Below are positions 29,494 through 40,692 of a stretch of 64,000 bases of DNA, in pieces. The translations under genes and the position numbers were made by a program. The notes under the pieces are model-generated. The model was not told where the DNA came from. It did no database searches and saw only the letters and a program-made list of their open reading frames with translations. The stretch spans positions 3,776,001-3,840,000 of the forward strand of contig CAVQMM010000001.1 of assembly GCA_963713615.1 (NCBI GenBank), in the 5' to 3' direction. Position 1 is the stretch's first letter. Every line of letters begins with the position of its first letter. The stretch is from an uncultured Chlamydiae bacterium (GTDB lineage Bacteria; Chlamydiota; Chlamydiia; Chlamydiales; JAJFMA01).

Positions 29494-30348
29494 ATGGATG
29501 TAAATAGAAGTGGCTCTGCGGATGATGCTCTTCCCCCAGCAATAAAACCTAAAGCAGCAGAAGATCCTAAAGGTTTACCTAAAGGCGCATCGGAACAGGC
29601 TTCTCAAAAAACGCATGATATGAAATCGCTGATCAATCCTGAAAAAACAGAAGGTGGTCAACCAATAAAAATAAGTGACCGAAAAGTCGATTTAGAGGAG
29701 CTGGTGCTAGACACTGACAAAACCGAATTAAAGGCTGATATCTCTAAGGTAATGAAGCACGTAAAGAATTTCGTACTGAATGATGAATCAGAATTAGCTA
29801 GAAATACAAGGGAAAAACTGGCCGGAAAATATGGTCGTGACTGGATGGTATACGCTCCTGTGGCAAGTTTTTCTAACGACATTTTAGGATTACTTAAGTC
29901 TTGGAATGAAGATGACTGGTCGTTGGAGCACTCAATAGGGCTCTTAACGGATGTAGCCCTTTTAACAAAAGATCTTTACGGAGGTGCAGTAGAGGACACA
30001 TTAAGCCAACCTTTGTGGGATACACGGGGAAAAGATCACGGAATAAATAAAGAGGTTCCATGGGTAAAAGATTTAAATGAATTTGGAGTGGATGTAGAGA
30101 AAGGCGGACTAAAGGCGGGCCCCTCCCTGTCGACAGCTATGACGCTTCGTTTCCTGCGTAGGATAGACGCTACCGATGGTAAAACGACTGAATCGGTAGT
30201 AAATGGGCTTGTTTTATATTGGAAGAATTCCATTCTAAAGCGTATTTCGGGTCAGTACCACACTACAGCTGAGGTATGGGCTGCATATAGTTATCACCTA
30301 GAAAAGCATTATTACAAAATGGATGTTTCAGATATTGAGAAAAAATAA
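29494..30348 (+). CDS. Orphan AT-rich hypothetical protein (putative effector)
   Basis: 284-aa ORF, SD ggagg, disordered N-terminus, flanked by repeats. Confidence 0.75.
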   Translation: MDVNRSGSADDALPPAIKPKAAEDPKGLPKGASEQASQKTHDMKSLINPEKTEGGQPIKISDRKVDLEELVLDTDKTELKADISKVMKHVKNFVLNDESELARNTREKLAGKYGRDWMVYAPVASFSNDILGLLKSWNEDDWSLEHSIGLLTDVALLTKDLYGGAVEDTLSQPLWDTRGKDHGINKEVPWVKDLNEFGVDVEKGGLKAGPSLSTAMTLRFLRRIDATDGKTTESVVNGLVLYWKNSILKRISGQYHTTAEVWAAYSYHLEKHYYKMDVSDIEKK

Positions 30349-30814
30349 TTGGTTCTTATGAAGAATCGGAGCGCAGGCTTTTTAGGCTTTTACCACAGAG
30401 AACACAGAGAACACAGAGACACCGAGATAGGAGAGAGAGGAGAGAATGTCCATTTCTTGCGCTGTACAAAATCTTGTCTGAGGATTACGTGGGAACACAG
30501 CTCTGTAGAGACCTCAGACCGGATTTTGTAGGGCACAAAAAATGCACCGGTCCTCAATTTAACAAAAAAAGTTAGATTGAGCACCTGTGCCACTTGTGTG
30601 TCCTTGGGCAAAATGCTGTCTAAGGGCATTACCAAAACGCTAACCCCTCAAGAGGCCCTTGGCCAGAGGTGTCTCGGCGCCTCGGCGGTGAAAATTTCTA
30701 ATTCTCTTAGTTTAACGCGTATGGACGCGGGCACGAAGAAGCCTTTTTAGCGTTACCTTCAGATATTGGCGACGCAATCGGCTGGGGGCTCCACACATGA
30801 GCGAACGCGTCACA

Positions 30815-33800
30815 CTATCTCCAGGGGATTTTTGCGTTAGCTTTCTCCATGACCAAATAGAGGCTAGGTGTGATGAACAGTGTGATCAGCTGGGATAGAC
30901 ACAAGCCCCCAATAATCACCAAGCCTAATGGTCTACGTTCCGCCGCGCTGGCACCAATCCCTAGAGCAATTGGCAAAGCTCCAAAAATAGCGGCCACTGT
31001 TGTCATCATGATGGGCCTAAAACGCACCAAGGCAGCATCGTAAATCGCATCTCGCGGGGACATGTCTTTTGTGCGGATATTATCTAACGCAAAGTCAACC
31101 ATCATGATTCCATTTTTCTTGACAATACCGATCAGCAGAATAATACCCAGATAAGAGTACATTGAGAGCGGCAAATCAAAGATCCATAGCGTTAATAATC
31201 CTCCTAGAGTCGCTGGGGGAAGAGTGGAGAGGACCGTCATAGGATGGATAAAGCTCTCATATAACATCCCTAGGATGATGTAGATGGCGAAAATGGCAAT
31301 GAAGAGCAGAAACCCTGCATTTTTGAGGGATTCCTGATAAGTCTGGATGGCTCCCACGGGTTGGACCTGAACCGAGGGATCCACCAATTCGCTTTGTAAC
31401 GTCTGCAATCTCGCAAGCGCACGGTCGAGGGTGACGCCTGAAGCAAGGTTAAATTCGACCGTAACGGAAGGAAATTGATCGATGTGGTTAACACTTGAAG
31501 CCCCTAATCCCTCCTCCCACTGTGCTACAGCACCCATTGGGACCAATTCATTGGAAACCGCTGAGCGCATCCATAGGTAATTAAAGATATTGGAGTCCAT
31601 TTGATACCTATCCATTAGTTCCAAAATCACGTTATATTGGTCTATAGCTGTTTCAATGCGCGTGACATAGTTATAGGAATAGCTATACATAAAGGCGTTT
31701 TCAATATCCTCCGCTGTAATGCCTAAAGAGGAAGCTTTGTCTCTCAAGATGGTCACATTGATTTGTGGCGAATTGATTTCCAGATCACTGTTCACCCCCT
31801 GGAAAATGGGGTCCTTCTGCATGGCGTCGATCAAACTTTGGGCGGATGGATAGACCTTATCATTGGCGATGCTCTGCATCGCTATTTGATAATCTCCTCG
31901 ACTTTCCTGGCCTGTTGAGAGGTCAATGAGCGGTACATTTTTGATAAATGATTGGATCCCTGGAATTTGAGATAGGCTTTCGCTGAGCTCCCTGATAATC
32001 GTCTTCAGCGATGCACGCTGATCATGGGGTTTCAAAGCCACCAGATTTTGTGCTTTGCGGTATTCGGAATAGGAACTCATGGCAACGATCTTGTCAACTC
32101 CTGGATGAGCCTTTAGAATATCTGTCACCTGCTTTTCATATGTTCTCATGCGAATGGAAGATCCGGCTTCCATCGCTTGCGTATAGACGATAAAAAAGCC
32201 TGCGTCTTCATCCGGTACGAAATCCGTAGGAATATAAAAGAACAAGAACACGGTTAAAACTAGGCAAATCAGTCCGACAAATAAGGCTTCATAGTACTTG
32301 TCGATGACCTTAGCAAGCATTCTACCATAGGCATCGCTCATTTTTTTGTTCATGCGAGCTGAAAATTGGGACAGCTTACCTTCGTTGCTATGTTCGGGAA
32401 GAAAACGACTGCACAGCATCGGAGTCAGGCTTAAAGAGATGATCCCTGAAATGATGGTGATAGCAGAAAGAGTGATGGCAAATTCGCTCAGGATTTTCCC
32501 CATTAAGCCACCCATGAGAAGCATGGGGAGAAAGACTGCGATGAGGGATAATGTCATAGAGACAATGGTAAAGCTGATTTGCCTGGACCCCTCTAGAGAG
32601 GCTTGTACGCGATCTTCACCGGCCTCCTGTCTGCGCACAATATTTTCTAAGACCACAATGGCATCGTCAATGATGAACCCGACGGCCAGCGTTAGGGCCA
32701 AAAGAGACAGGTTATCCAAGGTGAACTTATAGAGGTCCATGACAATAAATGTTCCAACGATGGACATGGGCAATACGATGGAAGGAATAATGGTATCTAC
32801 AAGCTTGCCTAGGTACAACGTGATGATGAGCACAACAAGGATAAGGGCTATGAGCAGCGTGATTTTTACATCATCGATCGAGTCGCGAATGGAGACGGAC
32901 CGGTCATAAAAGACACTTAATTCTACGGCCGCCGGGAGTTCTTTCTTTAGGTTCGTCAATAGGTCATAGATGGAATCTGAAATCGCTACCGCATTTGCTG
33001 AGGGCTCCTTTTGAATGGCCAGGATGATTGCTGCTTGTGATTTGTCTTTTTCGACATATTCAACTTGGATCTTATCATTTTGAAAGCTCTCAAGAGTCGT
33101 GCCAAGATCCTGAATGCGAAGAGGGGTGCCATTGCGATAAGCGACGATGAGCTCATCCCATGTCTCTCCTGTGACGAGCTGTCCATCGACAGAAACGTTA
33201 GGAGCCTCTATCGGACCATCCAGCTGACCGGTGGGTAAGTTCACGTTACCCAGCGCTATAGCATTCGCCAGTTCAGCTAAAGAGAGATCATTTGCGACTA
33301 ATCTAGCAGGATCTACTTGAATGCGGATGGCTAAAGGCGAGCCGAACGGGGTGACTTGAGAGACACCTGACAGCATGGAAATCCGCTGCCCAATGAAGTT
33401 GTTAGCGTAGGTGTAGAGGTCATTAAGACGCATCGTCTTTGACGTCAGCCCTATGTAGATGATAGGCAACTCTGCAGGGTTCACCTTGCGGTATGTTGGG
33501 GCATAGGGAAGATTGGGCGGAAGTTGCGGTGTGGCAGTAATAATAGCGGATTGGACATCCTGCGCTGCTTCAGTCATGCTCTTATTGATGTCGAATTGGA
33601 CGACAATGCTAGTGCTGCCTAGAGTGTTGTTTGAACTGACTAGAGTTGCTCCTGGAATAGCCATGAGCTGCTTTTCCAGAGGTAAGGCAATAGCGTGTGC
33701 CATGACGTCCGGAGTCATTCCTGGATAAGACACGCTTACAGTGATTGTAGGATAGCTCACGTTGGGCAAGTTACTGATTGGTAGTCGCAGATAGGCTAAA

Positions 33801-33877
33801 ACGCCGGCGAAAATGATTGCCACCATCAGCAACGTGGTCATGACGGGACGTTTAATAAACGGTTCAGACAAATTCAT
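30815..33877 (-). CDS. RND efflux permease (MdtB/MdtC-like)
   Basis: MNLSEPFIKRPVMTTL, GFIIDDAIVVLENI, GIVKKNGIMMVDFA, RFRPIMMTT. Confidence 0.95.
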   Translation of the reverse strand: MNLSEPFIKRPVMTTLLMVAIIFAGVLAYLRLPISNLPNVSYPTITVSVSYPGMTPDVMAHAIALPLEKQLMAIPGATLVSSNNTLGSTSIVVQFDINKSMTEAAQDVQSAIITATPQLPPNLPYAPTYRKVNPAELPIIYIGLTSKTMRLNDLYTYANNFIGQRISMLSGVSQVTPFGSPLAIRIQVDPARLVANDLSLAELANAIALGNVNLPTGQLDGPIEAPNVSVDGQLVTGETWDELIVAYRNGTPLRIQDLGTTLESFQNDKIQVEYVEKDKSQAAIILAIQKEPSANAVAISDSIYDLLTNLKKELPAAVELSVFYDRSVSIRDSIDDVKITLLIALILVVLIITLYLGKLVDTIIPSIVLPMSIVGTFIVMDLYKFTLDNLSLLALTLAVGFIIDDAIVVLENIVRRQEAGEDRVQASLEGSRQISFTIVSMTLSLIAVFLPMLLMGGLMGKILSEFAITLSAITIISGIISLSLTPMLCSRFLPEHSNEGKLSQFSARMNKKMSDAYGRMLAKVIDKYYEALFVGLICLVLTVFLFFYIPTDFVPDEDAGFFIVYTQAMEAGSSIRMRTYEKQVTDILKAHPGVDKIVAMSSYSEYRKAQNLVALKPHDQRASLKTIIRELSESLSQIPGIQSFIKNVPLIDLSTGQESRGDYQIAMQSIANDKVYPSAQSLIDAMQKDPIFQGVNSDLEINSPQINVTILRDKASSLGITAEDIENAFMYSYSYNYVTRIETAIDQYNVILELMDRYQMDSNIFNYLWMRSAVSNELVPMGAVAQWEEGLGASSVNHIDQFPSVTVEFNLASGVTLDRALARLQTLQSELVDPSVQVQPVGAIQTYQESLKNAGFLLFIAIFAIYIILGMLYESFIHPMTVLSTLPPATLGGLLTLWIFDLPLSMYSYLGIILLIGIVKKNGIMMVDFALDNIRTKDMSPRDAIYDAALVRFRPIMMTTVAAIFGALPIALGIGASAAERRPLGLVIIGGLCLSQLITLFITPSLYLVMEKANAKIPWR

Positions 33878-33916
33878 AAGATATTTCTAAAAACTCCGTG
33901 TCACTATAATAACTGA

Positions 33917-36900
33917 TCATTTCGAACTACGCGTGAACCTCTCACTTAATTTTTCCAATTCCAGATACAGCACTGGTGTGATAAAGAGGGTGATAAGCTG
34001 GGATATTAACAAGCCACCAATGATAACGAGACCTAGTGGTTGGCGAGCTCCAGAGTTCGCGCCATAGCCCAGAGCTATAGGCAGCACCCCAAATATCGCT
34101 GCCATAGTGGTCATCATGATCGGCCTAAAGCGTACCAAGCAGGCGTCGATAATCGCATCTTTAGCGACCATTCCGCGCAGGCGTATGTTTTCTAAGGCAA
34201 AGTCGACGATCATGATTCCATTCTTCTTCACAACGCCAATGAGGAGGATAATGCCCAAAAAGGAGTACATGGATAAAGGCATCCCAAAGACTAGCAACAC
34301 CAGGAGTCCACCAAAAGTTGCTGGAGGCAAGGTTGTGAGGATCGTAATCGGGTGAATAAAGCTCTCGTAGAGGATCCCCAGGATGATGTAGATGGAAAAA
34401 ACAGTGACGATAAGTAAATAGCCTGAGGATTTGATGGATTCGTTGAACGACTGTGCTGCTCCGATAGGCTGAGCTGAAACCCCGGGTGCCACTAACTCCT
34501 GAGTAAATTGACTTAATTTTGTTAAAGCAGTTTCCAGAGGAACTCCGGGTGCAAGATTAAACGATACCGTCACCGAGGGAAACTGATTGATATGGTTGAC
34601 GCTAGTGGCTCCTAAGCCTTCATCCCATTCCATCGTCGCAGATAACGGTACTAACTCTGAGTTGGAAGGATTGCGCAGCCATATTTCGTTTAAGGTTTCG
34701 GGCTCGCGCTGGTACTCAGGATAGAGCTCTAGAATGACATTGTATTGGTCGATAGGTGTTTGAATGAGCGAAATCAAATTTCCTGAATAACTCAACGAGA
34801 ATGCTGTTTCGACATCTGTGGCAGTCAATCCATATTGGGAGGCTTGATCGCGCAATAGCTTGACATTGATTTGAGGGGTATCGATTTCCAAGTCGCTATT
34901 GACGCCCTGAAACATGGTTTCATGCTTCATTTTGTCAACAAGCGCCCTTGCAGACTTGTAGATGCTCTGCGCATCGATACCTTGCAGTGCAAACTGATAA
35001 GCCGCGCGACTTTCCTGTCCTATAGCCAAGTCGATCAATGGGATGTTCTTAATGAAACATTGCACCCCGTCGATTTGCCTTAACTTCTTATAGAGTCCCT
35101 GTATGACCGTATTAATGGGCGGTCGCGTATCCTGGGATTTGAGATGAACGTAATTCAAACCCTTGCGATACTCGCTAACAGAGCTCAATGCTACAAAGGT
35201 ATCCACAGCGGGATCCTTTCGGATGATATCCAGGATTTCATTTTCATAGTGTAGCATGCGCGCGGAGGATCCCCCCTCCATTTCTTGCGTATAGACAGCA
35301 AAAAAGCCCACATCATCGTCGGGTACAAAATCAACGGGTATATAGAGAAACAAACAGACAGTGGCGATAAGTGTTAACAAGCCGACCATTAATGCTGCAG
35401 GCTGATGATCGAAAACTCTTACCAACATCCTTTGGTATGCCTCACGCATTGAAAGATTCATCCTGTTGGCAAAATCGGCCATTCTTGATCGATGTTTATC
35501 ATGATTATTTCTGGCGGGAATAAACCGGCTACACAGCATGGGGGTGAGGGTTAAAGAAATGAGCCCGGAAAGGATGGTGATCGTGGCTAGAGTAATGGCA
35601 AACTCACTGAACATCTTTCCAATGAGTCCACCCATAAACAACATAGGAATGAATACCGCCAGGAGCGACATTGTCATTGAAACAATCGTAAACCCAATTT
35701 CTCTAGACCCTTCCAAGGATGCTTCTAGAGGATTTTCTCCCATTTCCACTCGACGGATAATATTCTCTAGAACGACAACAGCATCATCGATGATAAAGCC
35801 CACCGCAAGTGTCAGGGCCAATACTGATAAGTTGTCCAATGTAAAATTAAGGACATACATCACAATAAAGGTGCCGATGACTGACATGGGGAGCACGAGT
35901 GATGGAATGATTGTATCAGCTATTTTTCCTAGGAAGAGATAGATCACAAGAACGACAAGGAGTAAAGCCAGAAGTAGCGTGACCATAGCATCGTGAATAG
36001 CTGCTCGAACAGGAATAGAGTGGTCAAAAATGATGTGTGTCTCAATGGCAGGGGGAAGCTGGGATTTCAGCTCGCTCAATAGCTTATAGATACCCTCTGC
36101 GATAGCAACAGTATTGGCTGAGGGCTCCTTTTGTATAGCCAAGAGAACTGTCGGTTGAGAACCGTTTGCATCGACAAATTGACCAAGAATCTTATTGTTT
36201 TGGAAGTTCTCAATAGCCCTTCCAATATCCCCAATACGTACTGGCGTACCATTTCGGTAGGCGATGATTAGCTTTTCATAGTCCTCGGCATGGACTATCT
36301 CCCCATCAACAGAAATGATAGGAGCTTCCAGCATGCCATCTAGCTGCCCCGTAGCCAGGAACACATTCTCCTTTTGAACAGCCGTAGAAACCTCCGCCAA
36401 AGTGATATTATGCGTGACCAGCTTGGCAGGATCGACCTGAATACGGACAGCTAAAATGGAACCGTAGGTGGTAACCTGAGAAACCCCCGACAACATGGAG
36501 ATGCGTTGTCCGATTAGAGTATTCCCGTAGGTATACAGATCGTAGCGCGGCATCGTAGGAGAGGTAATCGCGATGAATATTACAGGCTGCTGAGCTGGAT
36601 TAACCTTGCGATACACGGGACCATAGGGAATACCCGGCGGCAAGTAGGGGAGGGCTGAAGAAACGGCCTCCTGAACATCTTGAGCAGCCGTCTCCATATC
36701 CTTATCAATATCAAACTGCAAGACAATACTAGTACTACCTAAGGTATTGTTTGAACTGACAATCCGTAGCCCTGGGATAGCCATGAACTGCTTTTCCAAC
36801 GGAAGAGCCACCGAGGTGGCCATCGTCTCTGGGAGAGCACCAGGGAACGATGCCTTGACATTGATCGTCGGAAAATTGACATTGGGCATACTGCTGATTG

Positions 36901-36997
36901 GCAACAAATAATAACAAACGAGTCCGGTGAATAAAATGGCGACCATGGCCAAGGTGGTCATAACGGGGCGTTTGATAAACGGAGCGGATAGATTCAT
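33917..36997 (-). CDS. RND efflux permease (MdtB/MdtC-like), paralogue
   Basis: Same RND motifs; a tandem permease pair is typical of MdtABC. Confidence 0.95.
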   Translation of the reverse strand: MNLSAPFIKRPVMTTLAMVAILFTGLVCYYLLPISSMPNVNFPTINVKASFPGALPETMATSVALPLEKQFMAIPGLRIVSSNNTLGSTSIVLQFDIDKDMETAAQDVQEAVSSALPYLPPGIPYGPVYRKVNPAQQPVIFIAITSPTMPRYDLYTYGNTLIGQRISMLSGVSQVTTYGSILAVRIQVDPAKLVTHNITLAEVSTAVQKENVFLATGQLDGMLEAPIISVDGEIVHAEDYEKLIIAYRNGTPVRIGDIGRAIENFQNNKILGQFVDANGSQPTVLLAIQKEPSANTVAIAEGIYKLLSELKSQLPPAIETHIIFDHSIPVRAAIHDAMVTLLLALLLVVLVIYLFLGKIADTIIPSLVLPMSVIGTFIVMYVLNFTLDNLSVLALTLAVGFIIDDAVVVLENIIRRVEMGENPLEASLEGSREIGFTIVSMTMSLLAVFIPMLFMGGLIGKMFSEFAITLATITILSGLISLTLTPMLCSRFIPARNNHDKHRSRMADFANRMNLSMREAYQRMLVRVFDHQPAALMVGLLTLIATVCLFLYIPVDFVPDDDVGFFAVYTQEMEGGSSARMLHYENEILDIIRKDPAVDTFVALSSVSEYRKGLNYVHLKSQDTRPPINTVIQGLYKKLRQIDGVQCFIKNIPLIDLAIGQESRAAYQFALQGIDAQSIYKSARALVDKMKHETMFQGVNSDLEIDTPQINVKLLRDQASQYGLTATDVETAFSLSYSGNLISLIQTPIDQYNVILELYPEYQREPETLNEIWLRNPSNSELVPLSATMEWDEGLGATSVNHINQFPSVTVSFNLAPGVPLETALTKLSQFTQELVAPGVSAQPIGAAQSFNESIKSSGYLLIVTVFSIYIILGILYESFIHPITILTTLPPATFGGLLVLLVFGMPLSMYSFLGIILLIGVVKKNGIMIVDFALENIRLRGMVAKDAIIDACLVRFRPIMMTTMAAIFGVLPIALGYGANSGARQPLGLVIIGGLLISQLITLFITPVLYLELEKLSERFTRSSK

Positions 36998-38130
36998 TTC
37001 TTGCTTTTTGATGCTTCCGCGACAGTTAACCCTGGGGCAACATTGATTTGACCATCAACGATTACAGTATCCCCGGCGTGGGCTTGGGTTGATTGTATGG
37101 CTGTATACTCATCAGTTTTTGTGAGGACAGTGACTTTAGCTACCTGAGCTTTCTCATGCTTATCTACGGTATAAATATATGGACCATCCTTTCCTATGAG
37201 AACAGCCCCGGGAGGTACGGTTAATGCCTTGGGAGCCATCCTATGCAGCACCTTAACGCGTACAAACTCACCCGGCCAAAATTCTCGATTTTCGTTCGGC
37301 AATCGACCTTTCAATAAGATGGTTCCAGTATTTTGATCGAGTTGGTTATCGATGAAATAAGTCACACCATTAGCAGGAGCCTTGGGATTCTCTGGTAGCG
37401 TGACGACGAACTTCCACTCTCCGTCATCACCCTGAACATGCCTAATAAGCTCAAACTGTTGCTGAGGCAGTGAGAAAGTGATATCGATAGGAGAAAAGGG
37501 GCGTATAACAGTGATCTGAGTGGCATCATCTATAGCCAAAATATTGCCTACATCGACGTTATAGTAGCTTATTTTGCCAGAGATCGGGGCTACAATTTTG
37601 CAAAAATCCACATTGATTTGAGCCGCAGTGATAGACGCTTTATCAAGCTCAACCTGTGCGCGTGCAGCATTGGCAGTGCTCTGATATTGCTCATAATTAA
37701 GTATGGAAAGGAAGTCCTGTTCCACAACCTGCTTATACCGCTCAACGGCCTTTTCAGCATATTCAAGGAGGGCTTGATCGTGTGCCAATTGGGCCTTGGC
37801 CTCGTCCAGAAGAGCCTGATAGGGCCGCGGGTCTATTTCATAGATGACCTCGTTTTCCTTTACCAATGCTCCCTGTTGGACAAAAACTTTTATCAACTTA
37901 CCGGCAACTTGAGGCCGGATGTTCACCGTAACGGGAGGAATCACCTGTCCGATGGCATCAATATAGATAGGGACATCCTGCTCCTTTATTTTGGCAGTTG
38001 TCACATGCGGCGGAGGTGGCTTTTGCTTCTCCGCTTTTTTAAAGCAACCCATCAATACAAAGGGCAAGATGGCTATTATTAGGAAAAGGCAAGGGTGCTT
38101 CCTATGTGTTTTTAGGGTCATTAACATCAT
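36994..38130 (-). CDS. RND membrane fusion protein (MdtA-like lipoprotein)
   Basis: Lipobox LMGC, IDPRPYQA.L..AKAQL, I.APISG, IDNQLDQNTGTI.LK. Confidence 0.93.
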   Translation of the reverse strand: MMLMTLKTHRKHPCLFLIIAILPFVLMGCFKKAEKQKPPPPHVTTAKIKEQDVPIYIDAIGQVIPPVTVNIRPQVAGKLIKVFVQQGALVKENEVIYEIDPRPYQALLDEAKAQLAHDQALLEYAEKAVERYKQVVEQDFLSILNYEQYQSTANAARAQVELDKASITAAQINVDFCKIVAPISGKISYYNVDVGNILAIDDATQITVIRPFSPIDITFSLPQQQFELIRHVQGDDGEWKFVVTLPENPKAPANGVTYFIDNQLDQNTGTILLKGRLPNENREFWPGEFVRVKVLHRMAPKALTVPPGAVLIGKDGPYIYTVDKHEKAQVAKVTVLTKTDEYTAIQSTQAHAGDTVIVDGQINVAPGLTVAEASKSKK

Positions 38131-39625
38131 CTCTTAATGGCAGTTGATACAGTTGTTTAGGGGGATCTTTTTTCCAGTATCCACTTGTTTCGTGGAGCAC
38201 ACCGACCGAAAAGGCTAGATTAGCTAGCGCTGTGGCCCATTGCGTACGTGTCAACACCAGCTGAGCGCGAGCGTTAGCTAGGGAGGTCAAGGCTGTGAGT
38301 ACGTCTAGAATGGAGGAGGTGCCTGTTTTATATTGGATAATATACCCCCGGAAGGCGCGTTGAGCCGACTCGACGGCCGCTTGAGTCGAGGGCAAGGCAG
38401 CCTCCGCTGACGTATAGAGGTAGTAGTTGGTCACCACCTGCGTGGAAACTGCGGCTACCTGAACATCCAAATTCGCCAAAGCCTCTTCAATCTGAGCGCG
38501 GATCTGCCTTTGCTGGTTCATGTAGTAGTAACCTTGAAACACTGGAAAATTCAATTCGAAATAGGCTACTTCATTGTAGCCAGAAGGTTTCTTCGGGGCG
38601 ATAAAGCGTATCTGATTCCAGTTGGCGTTTGCCGTTAAAGTGGGCATGCTGTTCGAATAGACCTGGGCAAGTTGAGCCTCTTGCTGCTTAATTGCTGCTA
38701 TGGCCACACCAAGATCGGGGCGTCTTTCTTTAGCCAAGTCGAGCAATTCGCAAATATTTCCCGAGATCTCTATCACCGGTAACTCTTGGGGGAGATCTTC
38801 CACAGAAATGCAGGAATCTGGAGGCAAGCCAAGCGCTATCAGAATTTCGCCTAAGGAGGTTAATTCCGATCCTTGGGCCTGCAACAGACTGGCGCGTGTT
38901 TGCTCCAAATTCGTCTGGGCTAGCAGTATATCGGTTAATGTCGCCAGTCCCGCTGATTTCATCACCGTCGCCGCCTTTAGGGCTACTTCATAGTCTTGGA
39001 GATCTTGTTCATATGCCTTCACAAGTCCCTTGTTACCTAGCCATCCTGTATACGCTGTGAGCACGGAAAGCATCACTTGCTGCATCGTGTAGTTGTGCTG
39101 CCAATTGGATGCGTAGAGGGTCTGAAGAGCGAGCTCAGCAGTGGCACACCGATTGCCAAAATCTAACAAAAGGTAGGAGGCGTCGAAATCATTCGACAAG
39201 TTTGTCGAAGGGAATGAGCCATTTACCGCCCCAACGCCAGAGACAATACCCGAACTGGAGTTTGCGAAGGATGAACCTCTATTCAGCTGGGCATTTAGAC
39301 TGCCTTCATACAAAATAGAGGGATAAAATGTGCTCAAGGAGGCCCTATAGGCGTAGGCAGAGGCCCGTGCAGCATGCCAGCTCGCCCGGGTGGAAGGGTT
39401 ATTATACAAGGCAATGTCAAGGAGTCGAGATAAAGGCATCGTCCCAGACAGGTCTGTAACCTCAAAGGGAATTTCTACCCTCTTTTTGACAGTGAATGAT
39501 TTTTTGTCCCATTCGGAACCCGGAGAGGTTGGCACATCGTCACACCTGACCGGATCATAAAAAGGCTCACAGCTACACAAGAAGGTAAGAGCTGCTAGTA
39601 GAATGGTACCGCGGGCCATAATCAT
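38102..39625 (-). CDS. TolC-family outer-membrane efflux protein (ORF-track start 39745 is probably too early)
   Basis: LLDIALYNNP.TRA, RPDL......IKQ, Y..GTSSILDVLTA; lipoprotein-like N-terminus. Confidence 0.9.
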   Translation of the reverse strand: MIMARGTILLAALTFLCSCEPFYDPVRCDDVPTSPGSEWDKKSFTVKKRVEIPFEVTDLSGTMPLSRLLDIALYNNPSTRASWHAARASAYAYRASLSTFYPSILYEGSLNAQLNRGSSFANSSSGIVSGVGAVNGSFPSTNLSNDFDASYLLLDFGNRCATAELALQTLYASNWQHNYTMQQVMLSVLTAYTGWLGNKGLVKAYEQDLQDYEVALKAATVMKSAGLATLTDILLAQTNLEQTRASLLQAQGSELTSLGEILIALGLPPDSCISVEDLPQELPVIEISGNICELLDLAKERRPDLGVAIAAIKQQEAQLAQVYSNSMPTLTANANWNQIRFIAPKKPSGYNEVAYFELNFPVFQGYYYMNQQRQIRAQIEEALANLDVQVAAVSTQVVTNYYLYTSAEAALPSTQAAVESAQRAFRGYIIQYKTGTSSILDVLTALTSLANARAQLVLTRTQWATALANLAFSVGVLHETSGYWKKDPPKQLYQLPLRDDVNDPKNT

Positions 39626-39644
39626 GTCACATCGTGTCGAGTCT

Positions 39645-40487
39645 TCAATAGTTAAAGCAAATTTGCTTCCCAAAGGGCAAATAATATTCAAACAAAACGA
39701 GGTTAGTGTTCTTCGGAAAGTTATAGGCATATACGCGGCGAGCATATTGGAGGCTCAGAGTACCCCAGCAATCCATTGAATAGCCGTAGCGAAGTCCCAG
39801 ATCAACGGATTTATGGTTGATAGGGCCATAGCCCTTAAAGTGATCAGGACGCAGCCGTTTATTTCCTGTTCCCCACAGTGTATTCACAAGGGCACGAATT
39901 TGCTGAACGTTATCCAAGTTCACTTCACAAGCTGCATCTCCCCGAACCCATGGTGATCCTTTGTCAGCAATACCTGACCCCACTACCGTCCACCAACGAA
40001 ATAGATAGTCTGCTGTGCAGCCGTAGGTCTCCCCATATTTCTTGCCCACGGCTATTGTAGCTTCTCCTTCAATATGGCCATGGTGAAAAGAACTGATGTC
40101 ATGCAAGGCGCGAGAGAAAGGTTCAATCCCAGTTAGACCAAAGACGATGCTTAAAGGACAGCCATCAGCTTCACTCCACCATTGATAGCGTCCCGTGAGG
40201 CGAAAGCAATCCCAACCAGGCCTTTGTTTTCGGGTATGTGCTGCTGTGGCCTCAAATTCACCACAGTATCTGTGGAATGGATATGCAACGCTAAGAGTCA
40301 CGAATTCATCGTTTGCAGTGCGCTTGAGGGTATGACGATCAGGAGTAGCAAACGAGTCGTAGTTTTGATAGAGGACTGTGGCCCTTATCTCAGCTTCGTA
40401 GTCCGTTCCAAACCAAGGCTTCAGATCTGTCGCTGTGCAGAGAAAGGGAACGAACAGGAGCAGTGATAGCAATCTCGTCTTTGACAT
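39645..40487 (-). CDS. Hypothetical exported protein, possibly beta-barrel
   Basis: Signal peptide MSKTRLLSLLLFVPFLCTA, aromatic alternating strands; first gene of the RND cluster. Confidence 0.7.
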   Translation of the reverse strand: MSKTRLLSLLLFVPFLCTATDLKPWFGTDYEAEIRATVLYQNYDSFATPDRHTLKRTANDEFVTLSVAYPFHRYCGEFEATAAHTRKQRPGWDCFRLTGRYQWWSEADGCPLSIVFGLTGIEPFSRALHDISSFHHGHIEGEATIAVGKKYGETYGCTADYLFRWWTVVGSGIADKGSPWVRGDAACEVNLDNVQQIRALVNTLWGTGNKRLRPDHFKGYGPINHKSVDLGLRYGYSMDCWGTLSLQYARRVYAYNFPKNTNLVLFEYYLPFGKQICFNY

Positions 40488-40692
40488 GTCCTGAGCCACA
40501 AGAATATTTTGATAAAACAAATCTTTATAACAGCTTCGGAGAAATTAGGCTTACAAAAAAGAATTGATCAGCTAGCAGGATGGCATGATGTTCCAAGCTA
40601 TTCGAAGGGCTGAAAATTGCAACAGGCCCGGGCAATGCTTCATAGGCTTTAACCTAACAGGCCTTTTGGGCAGGTCCATTTCCATCCATAGA

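Noticed and set aside
30815..36997. Two adjacent RND permeases as a novel duplication
   Set aside because: This is the established MdtABC-type heteromeric arrangement.
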